Below, one piece after another: positions 9,707 through 20,111 of a stretch of DNA of 48,418 bases. Source of the DNA: an uncultured Eubacteriales bacterium (GTDB taxonomy: Bacteria > Bacillota > Clostridia > Christensenellales > Borkfalkiaceae); the NCBI GenBank assembly GCA_902797945.1, contig CADBUU010000004.1:1-48418 (forward strand), given 5' to 3'. The notes beneath the pieces were generated by a model, which was given only the letters and a program-made list of their open reading frames with translations, was not told where the DNA came from and made no database searches. Every line of letters begins with the position of its first letter. Position 1 is the first letter of the stretch. The translations under genes and the position numbers were made by a program.

Positions 9707-11980
9707 ATGATAAAGACGAGAGAATGGACTACGCAAGACGAAATAACAGCGGAAAAACTTTCCGCCTGTTTAAACTTGTCCTACGATCTCGCTAAAATGC
9801 TCGTCGTTCGAGGGATAAGGAAGGAGGAAGAGGCGAAAAGTTTTTTAAATCCGGACAAGTCCGATCTTGCAGATCCCTTTTTGCTTTCGGGAATGAAAGA
9901 TGCGGTTGAAAGGATAACTCTTGCGCGTGACGAAGGACAAACGGTAGTTATTTACGGCGATTACGACGCCGACGGAATATCCGCAGTAACAGTCCTATAT
10001 AAATGTCTGAAAATTTTCGGAATCGACGCATTCGCCGTAATTCCCGAAAGAGAAAACGGTTACGGGCTTACGGCAGGCGTTTACGAACAGGTGCTCGAAC
10101 AATACAATCCCGACCTTATAATAACCGTCGATTGCGGAATCAGCGCCGTAAACGAAGTCGAAGAACTTCAAGATTTGGGCGTGGACATCATTATAACCGA
10201 CCACCACGAAATTCCCGACGAAATTCCCGATTGCACGGTAATAAATTGTCATATAAAAGACGATTATCCCTTTGAATTTTTGTGCGGAGCAGGCGTGGCG
10301 TATAAACTCGGAAGAGCGCTTATAGGCGAAGAAGCGGATTCGTTTTTGGATATGGTTGCGCTTGCGACGGTTGCGGACAGTATGCCTCTTACGGGAGAGA
10401 ACAGGATTCTCGTTCGGGAAGGCGTGAAGATGATGAGTGCCGGTAGAGCCCAAAAATGTATAAGAACTCTCGCCGAAGTGAGTAAGACTAAGGAATTTTC
10501 GGCGATAGGGCTGTCATATACTCTCGCTCCGAGAGTTAACGCCGCCGGGAGAATGGGCGACGCCTATTCGGCTCTTAAACTCTTTTTGAGCGAAGATCCC
10601 GTCGAAATGGTAACGCTATCGAAAAAACTCAACGAATATAACCAAAAACGCCAAACGGAATGTGAAGAACTATATAAAGACGCTAAGCGGAAACTCGGTG
10701 AAAAGGGTAGCGACAAAGCGATCGTTTTATTCGATGAAAATTGGAAAGCGGGACTTATAGGAATAGTTGCCGCAAGATTGGTCGAAGAATATAAAAAGCC
10801 GGTAATACTTTTCGGAGAAAAAGACGGACTTTTGCACGGAAGCGCAAGGTCGGTGGGAAGTATAAACGTTTTCGAAGCGCTTTCGGCGGTAAAAGGCGAA
10901 GTCGAGGCTTTCGGCGGACACGCTCAGGCTGCCGGCGTTACGGTAAGGAAGGATAAATTTTTAAGTTTCAACAAGGCGCTTAACGATTATTTGTCGGATA
11001 AATTTACCGTCGAAGATTTCAGATTCGCGACGGAAGTCGATTGGTTTTTAACTCGACCTCTGACGCCCGAATTTGTAAAGGAACTCGAAAAAATAGAGCC
11101 TTGCGGAGTGGGAAACCCCAAACCTTCTTTTGCGGTAAAATGCTCGTCGGTAAACGCTTCGCCCATAAAATACGGCTCGGCGCATTTGTCTTTTTCAACT
11201 CCGTATATAGATATGCTTTGGTTCGGCGGACTCGATAATATGGCGGTTTTGAATTCTCCCGTTGAAAAAAACGTCGTTTTCGAACCTAATCTCTCGGTAT
11301 TTAACGGCAGACAGTCGCTTAAAGGATACGTCCGTTCGGTCGAAACCATTGCGGAAGTAACAGACGGGTTTATCGCCGCAATCGTAGAAGGTCAACTTGC
11401 AGGAGCGAAGGAAACGAGCGAATTTACCGAAATAGATACGAAAAAAGCGCAGGATTTTTTAAACGAATGCGTTCATTCGGTTTACGGAACTTTGTTTATT
11501 ATAAATAATCCCGAAAATTTAGGGAAATATATAGGGCTTGAAAGATTTGAATTTTGTTCACTCGGTCTTAACCGCGGGGGCAACGTCAATACCGTATGCC
11601 TTGGTTTTACGGGAGAAATACCGTCGGAGTATAGGAGAGTCGTATATCTCGACAAACCGTTATCTCTCCCGAAAACGCAGGCGGAAGTGTTTGTAAATAC
11701 TTCTTTAAAAGGGATAGCGACGGATAGTTTTTCGGTCGACAGAGAAACCGTCGGCAAGGTATATATGGCAATAAAAAAAGGCGATATTCTTTCGGCGCCT
11801 GCCGTCGACGTCGCCCTTAAAAACGACTTTGGCTGTTCGCCGACGGAAGCGGTAGTGGCGCTTAGGATATTATCCGAATTAAAAGTTATCAAAAAAGAAA
11901 ATAATTTCATAAGAGTAGAAGAGGGAAAAAAGACGGATTTGTCTTTATCGTCTACCTATTTAAAGTTATCGGAAGTTTAA
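9707..11980 (+). CDS. recJ: Single-stranded-DNA-specific exonuclease RecJ
   Basis: 757 aa. DHH-family motifs are IYGDYDADGIS, ITVDCG and ITDHHE, with DHHA1 GGHAQAAG. It sits in secDF-recJ-relA context as in Bacillota. Confidence 0.9.
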   Translation: MIKTREWTTQDEITAEKLSACLNLSYDLAKMLVVRGIRKEEEAKSFLNPDKSDLADPFLLSGMKDAVERITLARDEGQTVVIYGDYDADGISAVTVLYKCLKIFGIDAFAVIPERENGYGLTAGVYEQVLEQYNPDLIITVDCGISAVNEVEELQDLGVDIIITDHHEIPDEIPDCTVINCHIKDDYPFEFLCGAGVAYKLGRALIGEEADSFLDMVALATVADSMPLTGENRILVREGVKMMSAGRAQKCIRTLAEVSKTKEFSAIGLSYTLAPRVNAAGRMGDAYSALKLFLSEDPVEMVTLSKKLNEYNQKRQTECEELYKDAKRKLGEKGSDKAIVLFDENWKAGLIGIVAARLVEEYKKPVILFGEKDGLLHGSARSVGSINVFEALSAVKGEVEAFGGHAQAAGVTVRKDKFLSFNKALNDYLSDKFTVEDFRFATEVDWFLTRPLTPEFVKELEKIEPCGVGNPKPSFAVKCSSVNASPIKYGSAHLSFSTPYIDMLWFGGLDNMAVLNSPVEKNVVFEPNLSVFNGRQSLKGYVRSVETIAEVTDGFIAAIVEGQLAGAKETSEFTEIDTKKAQDFLNECVHSVYGTLFIINNPENLGKYIGLERFEFCSLGLNRGGNVNTVCLGFTGEIPSEYRRVVYLDKPLSLPKTQAEVFVNTSLKGIATDSFSVDRETVGKVYMAIKKGDILSAPAVDVALKNDFGCSPTEAVVALRILSELKVIKKENNFIRVEEGKKTDLSLSSTYLKLSEV

Positions 11981-11986
11981 GCAAAA

Positions 11987-14131
11987 ATGTATGAGGACGT
12001 TCTCGAAACAATTGAAAAGAATTATCCGCCCGAAGAATCGGTCGTTTTAACTCGCGCGTTTTATTTTGCAAAACAAGCCCATTCGGGACAAAAGCGCGCG
12101 TCGGGAGAGGAATATTTTACGCACCCCGTGGCGGTAGCGAAAATACTCCTCGATTTAGGCATGGACTATTTTTCGGTATCGGCGGCGTTTTTGCACGACG
12201 TGATAGAGGATACGCCCGTTTCGGAAGGAGATATAGAAAAGGAATTCGGAGAAGAAATTCTCGAACTCGTCAGAGGCGTTACAAAACTCGATAAAATAGA
12301 ATTTAAGTCGAGAGAGGAAGAGCAAGCCGAAAATTTCAAAAAAATTTTCGTTTCGATGGCGAAAGACATAAGAGTTATTATAATAAAACTCGCAGACAGA
12401 CTTCACAATATGCGTTCGCTCAATTTTCTTTCGCAGGACAGACAGTTGAGAATGGCGCACGAAACGCTCGATATTTACGCTCCTCTCGCCGGAAGGCTCG
12501 GTATTTCGCAGATAAAATGCGAACTCGAAGACCTTTGCTTGAAATACGTCGATCCCGAAGCCTACGAATACCTTTCGGTCAACATAAACAGTAAGGTTAC
12601 CGAAAGGAGAGAATTTGTCGAATTTGCGGTCAGCGAAATAAAGCGGATTTTGGATGAATCGGGCATAAAGGGGGAAGTTTTCGGTAGGCCGAAGCATTTT
12701 TATTCCATCTATAAAAAGATGAAAAAACAGAATAAAACTCTCGACCAGATCTACGATCTTACGGCGGTCAGGGCAATCGTCGAAACGGTCGACGAATGTT
12801 ACGAACTTCTCGGCAAGATTCATAAGGAATGGAAGCCCATACCCGGCAGGATAAAAGACTATATAGCGACGCCCAAGGAAAATATGTATCAAAGCCTTCA
12901 TACGACCGTAGTAACGAGTTTCGGTAAGGTTTTCGAGATTCAGATAAGGACAAAAGAGATGAACCGCACCGCAGAATACGGTATTGCGGCGCATTGGAAA
13001 TATAAAGAACACAAAGAAAATACCGACAATTTCGATAAAAGGCTTTCCTGGATAAGGGAAGTTATGGAATGGCAGGGCGGACTTAACAATTCCACCGAAT
13101 TTATCGAGAGTTTAAAGGGGGACGTGTATAACAGCGAAGTTCTCGTATTTACCCCTAACGGCGAGGTTATAAGTCTTGTCAAGGACGCAACCCCCATAGA
13201 TTTTGCCTATAAGATTCATACCGAAGTCGGCAATAAATGCGTCGGGGCGAAAGTCAACGGCAAAATAGTGCCTATAAATACGACTTTAAACGTCGGCGAC
13301 GTCGTTGAGATAATAACTTCGAAACAATCGAAAGGTCCTTCGTGGGATTGGCTTAGGATCGCCAAGTCGTCGGGAGCGAAAGCGAAGATCAAGGCGTTTT
13401 TCAAAAAGACGATGGTAGGCGACAACGTAAAACTCGGAAAGAGTATGTTGGAAGCCGAGGCAAAAGCGAGAGGGTATAATTTCAGCGAACTTCTCTCTCC
13501 CGTAGGTTTTGAAAGGCTCAGTCAGCGAATGGCTTTTGCGACCGAAGACGAAATGTATGCCGCAGTCGGCGGAGGGGCGGTAACCCTTAATCAAGTTCTA
13601 TTAAAACTCATAGATTATTACCGCAGAGATTTAGCGGCGAGAAATATAATAAAAGAAGGCGGAACGGGCGGAGGTAAAGGCTCCGAAAACGTAGGCGGAG
13701 TAAAAATCAAAGGGCTTGGAGGACTGCTCGTAAGATTTGCAGGTTGCTGTAATCCTATGCCGGGCGACGATATTGTCGGATTTGTTTCGAGGGGAAGGGG
13801 CGTTACCGTTCACAGACGGGATTGCCCGAATATGCGGAATGAAGATCCGGCAAGGCTTCTTGACGCGGAATGGTCGGGACCTTTGGGCAGTTTTGCCGCG
13901 TCGATCAGAATAATCGGCTCCGAAAACGCTCCTTTACTTATGATAATATCAAACGCTTGCGCTTCGCTCGGAATAAACATAACTTCGATAAACGGAAGAG
14001 TCGATAACAAAAATTCTCATTCCGTCGTCGATATAACAGTAAAAGTAACGAAAAAAGAAACTATAGACTATCTTTTTACTAAAATCAAGCAAGAAAAAGA
14101 CGTCATAGACGTATTCAGGACTTTGTCGTAA
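11987..14131 (+). CDS. relA: Bifunctional (p)ppGpp synthetase/hydrolase (RSH family)
   Basis: 714 aa. HD hydrolase motifs (HPVAVA, LHDVIEDT), synthetase domain (YIATPKENMYQSLHTTV), TGS domain (VFTPNGEVISL) and a C-terminal ACT-like domain. Confidence 0.95.
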   Translation: MYEDVLETIEKNYPPEESVVLTRAFYFAKQAHSGQKRASGEEYFTHPVAVAKILLDLGMDYFSVSAAFLHDVIEDTPVSEGDIEKEFGEEILELVRGVTKLDKIEFKSREEEQAENFKKIFVSMAKDIRVIIIKLADRLHNMRSLNFLSQDRQLRMAHETLDIYAPLAGRLGISQIKCELEDLCLKYVDPEAYEYLSVNINSKVTERREFVEFAVSEIKRILDESGIKGEVFGRPKHFYSIYKKMKKQNKTLDQIYDLTAVRAIVETVDECYELLGKIHKEWKPIPGRIKDYIATPKENMYQSLHTTVVTSFGKVFEIQIRTKEMNRTAEYGIAAHWKYKEHKENTDNFDKRLSWIREVMEWQGGLNNSTEFIESLKGDVYNSEVLVFTPNGEVISLVKDATPIDFAYKIHTEVGNKCVGAKVNGKIVPINTTLNVGDVVEIITSKQSKGPSWDWLRIAKSSGAKAKIKAFFKKTMVGDNVKLGKSMLEAEAKARGYNFSELLSPVGFERLSQRMAFATEDEMYAAVGGGAVTLNQVLLKLIDYYRRDLAARNIIKEGGTGGGKGSENVGGVKIKGLGGLLVRFAGCCNPMPGDDIVGFVSRGRGVTVHRRDCPNMRNEDPARLLDAEWSGPLGSFAASIRIIGSENAPLLMIISNACASLGINITSINGRVDNKNSHSVVDITVKVTKKETIDYLFTKIKQEKDVIDVFRTLS

Positions 14132-14132
14132 A

Positions 14133-15485
14133 ATGGAATTAAAGACACAACTCGATTGGCTATATCCCGAACTTCTGGAAGAGGCGAAATTTTTCGAAAA
14201 TACGGACGGACTTGAAATAATATGCATTCATAGCGATAACGGCAGTCTTTTCAACGACGAAATACGCATAAACGGAAAAGCGTATTTATTTACCGAGAAG
14301 AGGGAATATTTTTCGGACGCCGAAAAGAAAAGATATTTAAAGAGATATGCAAAACTCGCCTTATATAAGGCGATGAGCGACTACCTCGGGCAAACTCTCC
14401 CGTGGGGCGCTCTTACGGGAATAAGACCTGTAAAATTCGCATATAACGAAGGGAAAGAGTGGAGAAAGGAAATGGGCGAAGTTCTCGGCGTTTCCAAAAA
14501 TAAACTCGACCTTGTCGGAAGAATAATCGAAGCGCAAAAACCGGTCTATAAAATCGAAGAGGGAAATTGCGACTTTTTCGTAGGAATACCATTTTGCTCG
14601 TCGAGGTGTTTGTATTGTTCGTTTATGTCGAGCGAAATAGGTAAGTCGCCGCTTGTCGACGATTATGTCGACGCCCTCGTTAAGGAAATAAAGGCGGCGA
14701 AGCCGTTGATTAAAAATCTCAGGTCGGTCTACGTCGGCGGCGGAACGCCCGTATCTTTGCCTATAAGTCGATTATCGGATATTTTAAACGCAATAGGCGA
14801 GGTAAATTGCGAATATACGGTGGAGGCGGGACGTCCCGACTCCATAAACGAGGACAACCTTAAACTTTTAAAGGAAAGGGGAATTACGAGAATTTGCGTA
14901 AATCCGCAGACTTTCAACGATAAAACGCTCGAAATTATCGGCAGAAAGCACACCGCTAAGGATATTTACGATAAATACGAACTCGCTAAAAAATACGGTT
15001 TTTCGGTCAATATGGACCTTATCGCCGGACTTCCGGGCGAAAACTTCGAAGATTTCAAGTTCAGTATGGACGAGGCGATGCGCCTTTCGCCCGACGATAT
15101 TACAGTGCATACTCTTTCGCTTAAAAAGGGTAGCAGACTTAAAGAACTCGTCGACAGGCTTCCCGACGGAGAAATAGATAAAATGATTGATTATTCGACT
15201 TATACGGCAATTTCTTGCGGTTACGAGCCTTATTATACCTATCGTCAGAAATATATGGCGGGAAATCTTGAAAATACGGGTTACGCCAAAAACGGCAGGA
15301 TATGCGTATATAATATCGACGTGATGGAAGAAATTGCGGACAACCTCGCTTGCGGAGCGAACGCCGTTTCCAAAAGGCTATTTCCGGGCGAGAGGATAGA
15401 GAGATACGGAGCGCCGAAAGATATTTTAACTTATATAAACAAAATAGACGAAATAATAAGAGAAAAAAATAAATTGTTTGGTTAA
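14133..15485 (+). CDS. hemZ: Radical SAM protein of the HemN/HemZ (coproporphyrinogen dehydrogenase-like) family
   Basis: 450 aa with the CxxxCxxC cluster CSSRCLYCSF and GGGTP. The N-terminal PWGALTGIRP resembles HemZ-type proteins. The start lies 1 nt after the relA stop. Confidence 0.7.
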   Translation: MELKTQLDWLYPELLEEAKFFENTDGLEIICIHSDNGSLFNDEIRINGKAYLFTEKREYFSDAEKKRYLKRYAKLALYKAMSDYLGQTLPWGALTGIRPVKFAYNEGKEWRKEMGEVLGVSKNKLDLVGRIIEAQKPVYKIEEGNCDFFVGIPFCSSRCLYCSFMSSEIGKSPLVDDYVDALVKEIKAAKPLIKNLRSVYVGGGTPVSLPISRLSDILNAIGEVNCEYTVEAGRPDSINEDNLKLLKERGITRICVNPQTFNDKTLEIIGRKHTAKDIYDKYELAKKYGFSVNMDLIAGLPGENFEDFKFSMDEAMRLSPDDITVHTLSLKKGSRLKELVDRLPDGEIDKMIDYSTYTAISCGYEPYYTYRQKYMAGNLENTGYAKNGRICVYNIDVMEEIADNLACGANAVSKRLFPGERIERYGAPKDILTYINKIDEIIREKNKLFG

Positions 15486-15500
15486 ACGGCTGAAAAATTG

Positions 15501-15529
15501 TTGCAATTTCAATTTATATGTGTTATTAT
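15501..15529 (+). promoter_or_regulatory. Sigma-A-type promoter for rpsO
   Basis: TTGCAA (15501-15506), 17 nt, TGtTATTAT (15521-15529), followed by a ~110-nt leader. The leader may be an S15 autoregulatory leader, but I cannot verify that. Confidence 0.6.
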
Positions 15530-15644
15530 ATATCCGTGTGAAAGATATTTGCTTTCGCAGATTATTTAACGCTTGGTTTTGCGAGGACTCGACGCATTGC
15601 CCGGTGTTAAAGTAAAATTTCCATATTGAGGAGGATAAATTAAA

Positions 15645-15908
15645 ATGGAAAAGGAAAGAAAAACGGAAATCATCGAGACCTTCAAAAGACACGACGGAGA
15701 CACTGGTTCCGCCGAAGTTCAAATCGCTCTTTTGACGGAGAGAATTAATCACCTCAACGAGCATCTTAAAGCCAATCACAACGATAAACATTCTCGTCGC
15801 GGTTTGCTTAAAATGGTCGGACGCAGAAAGGGTATGCTTGACTATCTTAAATCTATCGACATTGAAAAATACAGAGAGATAGTCGCTAAACTCGGACTTA
15901 GAAAGTAA
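15645..15908 (+). CDS. rpsO: 30S ribosomal protein S15
   Basis: 87 aa with [53 protein letters not shown] is canonical S15. Confidence 0.97.
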   Translation: MEKERKTEIIETFKRHDGDTGSAEVQIALLTERINHLNEHLKANHNDKHSRRGLLKMVGRRKGMLDYLKSIDIEKYREIVAKLGLRK

Positions 15909-15918
15909 GGTTTTTCGG

Positions 15919-15963
15919 AGGAGTATTTGCGATAAAAAGCGAATATTCCTCTTTTTGTTTTGA
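15919..15963 (+). terminator. rpsO terminator / pnp attenuator hairpin
   Basis: 12-bp stem AGGAGTATTTGC/GCGAATATTCCT (two G-U pairs) with loop GATAAAAA, followed by CTTTTTGTTTT. Confidence 0.8.
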
Positions 15964-16053
15964 AAGTATCGCGTTGTTTTTTCAGGCGAAGTAAACGTCG
16001 CATAAAAGGACAAGCGCGTTTCTTATAAAAATCAGAGAAAAAAGGAGAACAAA

Positions 16054-18153
16054 ATGTTAGAAAATCACAAGACGTTTACAACGACGATAGGCGGAAGAGA
16101 AGTTACCGTCGACGTCGGAAAATACGCGCAACAGGCAAACGGTTCGTGTATCGTAAGATGCGGAGAGACTGTCGTTATGGTCAACGTAACGATGGCGCCC
16201 GTGCCAAGAGAGGGAATGGATTTCTTCCCCTTATCGGTAGACTATGAAGAAAAAATGTATGCCGTCGGAAAGATTCCCGGCGGATTCAAGAAAAGAGAGG
16301 GCAGAGCGAGCGATAAAGCCATTCTCGTATCCCGTCTTATCGACAGACCTATAAGACCTCTTTTCCCCAAGGGACTTTTCAACGACGTAACGGTAGTTGC
16401 GACCGCTCTTTCGGTCGATACGGACATCGCTCCCGAACCGCTCGCAATGCTCGGTTCGTCCATTGCGCTCAGCATTTCGGATATTCCGTGGGCGGGACCT
16501 ACGGGCTCGGTTGTCGTCGGACTCGTTGACGGAGAATACGTCATCAATCCTACCGTCGAACAAAAGGAAAGAAGTCTTCTTGCGTTAAACCTTTCGGGAA
16601 CAAAAGACGCTATAATGATGGTCGAAGCGGGGTCGAAGGAAATTTCCGACGAAGAAATGGTCGGAGCGATCTTGTTCGGACACGAAGAGATAAAGAAGCA
16701 ATGCGCTTTCATCGAAAAGATGGTCGAAGAAGTAGGTAAGCCGAAACTCGAAATGGATCTTTACCACGTTCCCGAGGACCTCGACGCAGACGTAAGGGCG
16801 TTTGCGAGTGAAAAACTCGACTACGCTCTCGACACTTTCGACAGAGAAGAAAGACAAGCCCGTCAAGACGCCGTAGAAGCCGAAACGCTCGAACACTTCG
16901 CGGAAAAATACGAAGGAATGGCGAGGGAAATTAAAGATTCGCTTTACTATATAACCAAGGAAAAAGTAAGGGCGAAAATAACTCAGACCGGAATTCGTCC
17001 GGACGGAAGAAAACTTACCGAAATAAGACCTATATGGTGCGAACACGGCATACTTCCGAGAGTTCACGGCAGCGCGGTATTTACGAGAGGTCAGACTCAG
17101 GTAATGACGACCTGCACGCTCGGAACTATTTCCGAAGTTCAGAAACTCGAAGGTCTTGACAACGAAGAGTATAAGAGATATATTCACCACTACAATATGC
17201 CCGGTTATGCTTCGGGCGAAGCAAAGCCTTTAAGAAGCCCGGGAAGACGTGAAATAGGACACGGCGCTTTGGCGGAAAGAGCGTTGGAACCCGTTATTCC
17301 GAGCGAAGAAGAATTCCCATACGCGATAAGGCTCGTATCCGAAGTTCTCTCGTCCAACGGCTCGACTTCGCAGGCTTCAGTTTGCGGTTCGACCATGGCT
17401 CTTATGGACGCAGGCGTTCCCATTAAACGCCCCGTTGCGGGAATTGCGATGGGACTTATCAAGGATACCGAGAGCGGAAAAATTTCCGTCCTTTCGGATA
17501 TTCAGGGACTTGAAGATTTCCTCGGAGATATGGACTTTAAGGTTGCTGGAACGGTCAAGGGTATTACCGCTATTCAGATGGATATTAAGATCAAAGGCAT
17601 AAGCGAAGAAATTCTCCGTAAGGCTATAAGTCAGGCGAACGAGGGCAGACATTTTATTCTCGGCAAGATGCTCGACTGCATACCCGAACCCAACAAGGAA
17701 CTTTCCAAATACGCTCCGAAGATAATCTCCTTCGAGATAAATACGGATAAGATCAAAGACGTTATCGGAAGCGGCGGAAAGACCATAAATAAGATAATCG
17801 ACGAAACGGGAGTCAAGATAGACATCAACGAGGACGGAAAGGTATTTATCGCGACTTACGGCGAAAATCTTGAAATGGCGGAAAAGGCGAAGGCTATGAT
17901 AATGTCGATCGCAAGAGATCCCGAAGTCGGAGATATGTTTATTTCGACGGTAGTAAGAATTTTGCCGAAGGTCGGAGCATTCTGCGAACTCGCTCCCGGA
18001 AAAGACGGAATGATACACATTTCGAAGATGAGCGAAAAGAGAATAAATTCCGTTGAAGAGGTTCTCGCTATCGGAGATACAGTCAAGGTCGAAATAATCA
18101 AAATAGGCGAAAAGGGAATAGACCTTAAACTTCTTGAAAAAATGGAAGGCTGA
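16054..18153 (+). CDS. pnp: Polyribonucleotide nucleotidyltransferase (PNPase)
   Basis: 699 aa with SD AGGAG. It has two RNase PH domains (GRREIGHGALAERAL), then KH (IGSGGKTINKI) and S1 (ILPKVGAFCELAPGKDGMIHIS) domains. Confidence 0.97.
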   Translation: MLENHKTFTTTIGGREVTVDVGKYAQQANGSCIVRCGETVVMVNVTMAPVPREGMDFFPLSVDYEEKMYAVGKIPGGFKKREGRASDKAILVSRLIDRPIRPLFPKGLFNDVTVVATALSVDTDIAPEPLAMLGSSIALSISDIPWAGPTGSVVVGLVDGEYVINPTVEQKERSLLALNLSGTKDAIMMVEAGSKEISDEEMVGAILFGHEEIKKQCAFIEKMVEEVGKPKLEMDLYHVPEDLDADVRAFASEKLDYALDTFDREERQARQDAVEAETLEHFAEKYEGMAREIKDSLYYITKEKVRAKITQTGIRPDGRKLTEIRPIWCEHGILPRVHGSAVFTRGQTQVMTTCTLGTISEVQKLEGLDNEEYKRYIHHYNMPGYASGEAKPLRSPGRREIGHGALAERALEPVIPSEEEFPYAIRLVSEVLSSNGSTSQASVCGSTMALMDAGVPIKRPVAGIAMGLIKDTESGKISVLSDIQGLEDFLGDMDFKVAGTVKGITAIQMDIKIKGISEEILRKAISQANEGRHFILGKMLDCIPEPNKELSKYAPKIISFEINTDKIKDVIGSGGKTINKIIDETGVKIDINEDGKVFIATYGENLEMAEKAKAMIMSIARDPEVGDMFISTVVRILPKVGAFCELAPGKDGMIHISKMSEKRINSVEEVLAIGDTVKVEIIKIGEKGIDLKLLEKMEG

Positions 18154-18172
18154 TACTTTAAGAAAAGCACGC

Positions 18173-18223
18173 GAGCGCTCTGCGAATTGATAAAAATCGA
18201 TAGGCAGCGCGCTCATTTTCTTT
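18173..18223 (+). terminator. Probable terminator after pnp
   Basis: Imperfect stem GAGCGCTCTGC / GCAGCGCGCTC enclosing a ~20-nt loop, followed by ATTTTCTTT. Confidence 0.5.
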
Positions 18224-18257
18224 AAATAGCCCGAATAAAATATAACGGGAAAAGACA

Positions 18258-19121
18258 ATGGACTTTATTGAATTTATCAAAATATTTTTTATAGGAATAA
18301 TCGAGGGAATTACCGAGTGGCTCCCCGTATCGAGCACGGGGCATATTATGATATTCGAAAGATTTTTCCCTCTTAATTTTTCGGACGATTTCGTCAATTT
18401 ATTCGAATATTTCATACAACTCGGCGCAATACTTGCAGTCGTCGTGTGTTTTTGGAAGAGGATAACTCCTTTCAAAACTCAGATCAAAGGCGAAGGAAAA
18501 ATAGAAAGGAGAAGGCTTTCTTTAAACAAAGAGGCTCTGTCGCTTTGGGGAAAAGTATTAGTAGCCTGCATTCCGGCGCTTCTCGCATTCCTAATAGATA
18601 AACTTCTCGAAAAATATATCACGGGCAAAAGCGAGGTAATAGTTGTCGCAATCGCGCTTATTTTTTACGGCGTGGTGTTTATAGTCGTCGAAACGCTGAA
18701 TAAAGACAAATCGCCCAAAATAACCGAAATATCCGAGATAGGATATAAAACTGCTTTTTTGATAGGACTTTTTCAGGTCCTTGCGGCGGTGCCGGGAACT
18801 TCTCGTTCGGGAATAACCATAATAGGAGCGTTGCTTCTCGGCGTGTCGAGAGTAGCGGCGGCGGAGTTTACTTTTCTTCTCGCAATTCCGACTATGATAG
18901 GCGCAAGCGGATATAAAATACTCAACTATTTTTTAAAGGGCAACGGCATCGACGCTCCTATGTTTTCAGCGCTTTTATTCGGAAGTCTTATTGCATTCGT
19001 CGTATCGCTGTTTTCCGTGAAATTCCTCATGGGATTTGTCAAAAAACACGATTTCAAGCCTTTCGGGATATATCGTATCCTTTTAGGCGTAGCGGTCATC
19101 GCGATTTGCGTATTGTTTTAA
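18258..19121 (+). CDS. uppP: Undecaprenyl-diphosphate phosphatase
   Basis: 287 aa and polytopic. BacA/UppP signatures are GIIEGITEWLPVSSTGH and PGTSRSGITI. Confidence 0.9.
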   Translation: MDFIEFIKIFFIGIIEGITEWLPVSSTGHIMIFERFFPLNFSDDFVNLFEYFIQLGAILAVVVCFWKRITPFKTQIKGEGKIERRRLSLNKEALSLWGKVLVACIPALLAFLIDKLLEKYITGKSEVIVVAIALIFYGVVFIVVETLNKDKSPKITEISEIGYKTAFLIGLFQVLAAVPGTSRSGITIIGALLLGVSRVAAAEFTFLLAIPTMIGASGYKILNYFLKGNGIDAPMFSALLFGSLIAFVVSLFSVKFLMGFVKKHDFKPFGIYRILLGVAVIAICVLF

Positions 19122-19145
19122 ATGATTTTTAAATACATAATTTAT

Positions 19146-19215
19146 AACGGGGTATAAGTTTTTATTGTGCATTTTGATATAAAAAATGTGACAGATTTTA
19201 CCCCGTTTTTATTTT
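19146..19215 (+). terminator. Long imperfect hairpin with T-tract after uppP
   Basis: AACGGGGTA (19146-19154) pairs with TACCCCGTT (19199-19207). An inner CATTTT/AAAATG helix is present and TTTATTTT follows. The loop is large, so confidence is moderate. Confidence 0.45.
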
Positions 19216-19224
19216 GCCAAACGC

Positions 19225-19253
19225 TTGACTTTTATAATGCTATAAAATATAAT
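19225..19253 (+). promoter_or_regulatory. Near-consensus sigma-A promoter for pdxK-fucosidase
   Basis: TTGACT (19225-19230), 17 nt, TATAAT (19248-19253). Confidence 0.7.
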
Positions 19254-19280
19254 TATCAATGAAAAACGGAGGTTTATGAA

Positions 19281-20111
19281 ATGGATGACAAAAAGGTTTT
19301 GACGATACAGGATATTTCATGCGTCGGGCAGTGTTCGCTTACTGTTGCGCTTCCCATCATTTCGGCTTGCGGAATAGAAACGTGTATACTTCCTTCCGCG
19401 GTTTTATCGACTCATACGGCGGGATTTAAGAATTTTACTTGCGCCGACTTAACGTCGGAAATTCCGAAAATCGCAAGGCATTGGAAAGATGAAAATATAA
19501 CTTTCGACGCTCTCTATACGGGCTATCTCGGAAGCGCCGAACAGATAGATTACGTCGAAAAACTTCTTCGTCCTTTACTTAAAGAGGACGGACTTACTAT
19601 AATCGATCCGGCAATGGCGGATAACGGCAAACTTTACCCCGCTTTTGACGATAAATTCGTAGGTGAGATGAAAAGGCTTATAAAAATTGCCGATATTACC
19701 CTTCCGAATATAACCGAAGCGTGTTTTTTGACGGGGACGCCTTATAGGGAAGAATACGACGAAGAGTATATTAAAGGACTTATAGACGGCTTGTTGGTTC
19801 TCGGGGCGAAAAAAGTCGTAATTACGGGCGTAGGATATAAAAAAGGCAGGACGGGAGTTGCCGTTTACGATGGCGGAAAATATTCGTATTACGAACACGA
19901 AAAAATGGAAAAAGGTTGCCACGGAACGGGCGACGTCTATTCGTCGGCGTTCGTCGGCGCTTTCGAGAGAGGAAACGGCGTGTATAATTCGGCGGTCATC
20001 GCAGCCGACTTTACACTTGATTGCATAAAATACACCAAGAATTTCCCTACGCATTGGTATGGAGTCAAATTCGAGCCTCTTTTAAATAAACTCGGAGAAA
20101 AGATAAAATGA
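19281..20111 (+). CDS. pdxK: Pyridoxal/pyridoxamine kinase (ribokinase superfamily)
   Basis: 276 aa with SD GGAGG 7 nt upstream. It has an N-terminal LTIQDISCVGQCSLTVALPIISACG, LSTHTAGF, and C-terminal GTGDVYSSAF (the anion hole/GTGD motif of PdxK/PdxY). Confidence 0.8.
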   Translation: MDDKKVLTIQDISCVGQCSLTVALPIISACGIETCILPSAVLSTHTAGFKNFTCADLTSEIPKIARHWKDENITFDALYTGYLGSAEQIDYVEKLLRPLLKEDGLTIIDPAMADNGKLYPAFDDKFVGEMKRLIKIADITLPNITEACFLTGTPYREEYDEEYIKGLIDGLLVLGAKKVVITGVGYKKGRTGVAVYDGGKYSYYEHEKMEKGCHGTGDVYSSAFVGAFERGNGVYNSAVIAADFTLDCIKYTKNFPTHWYGVKFEPLLNKLGEKIK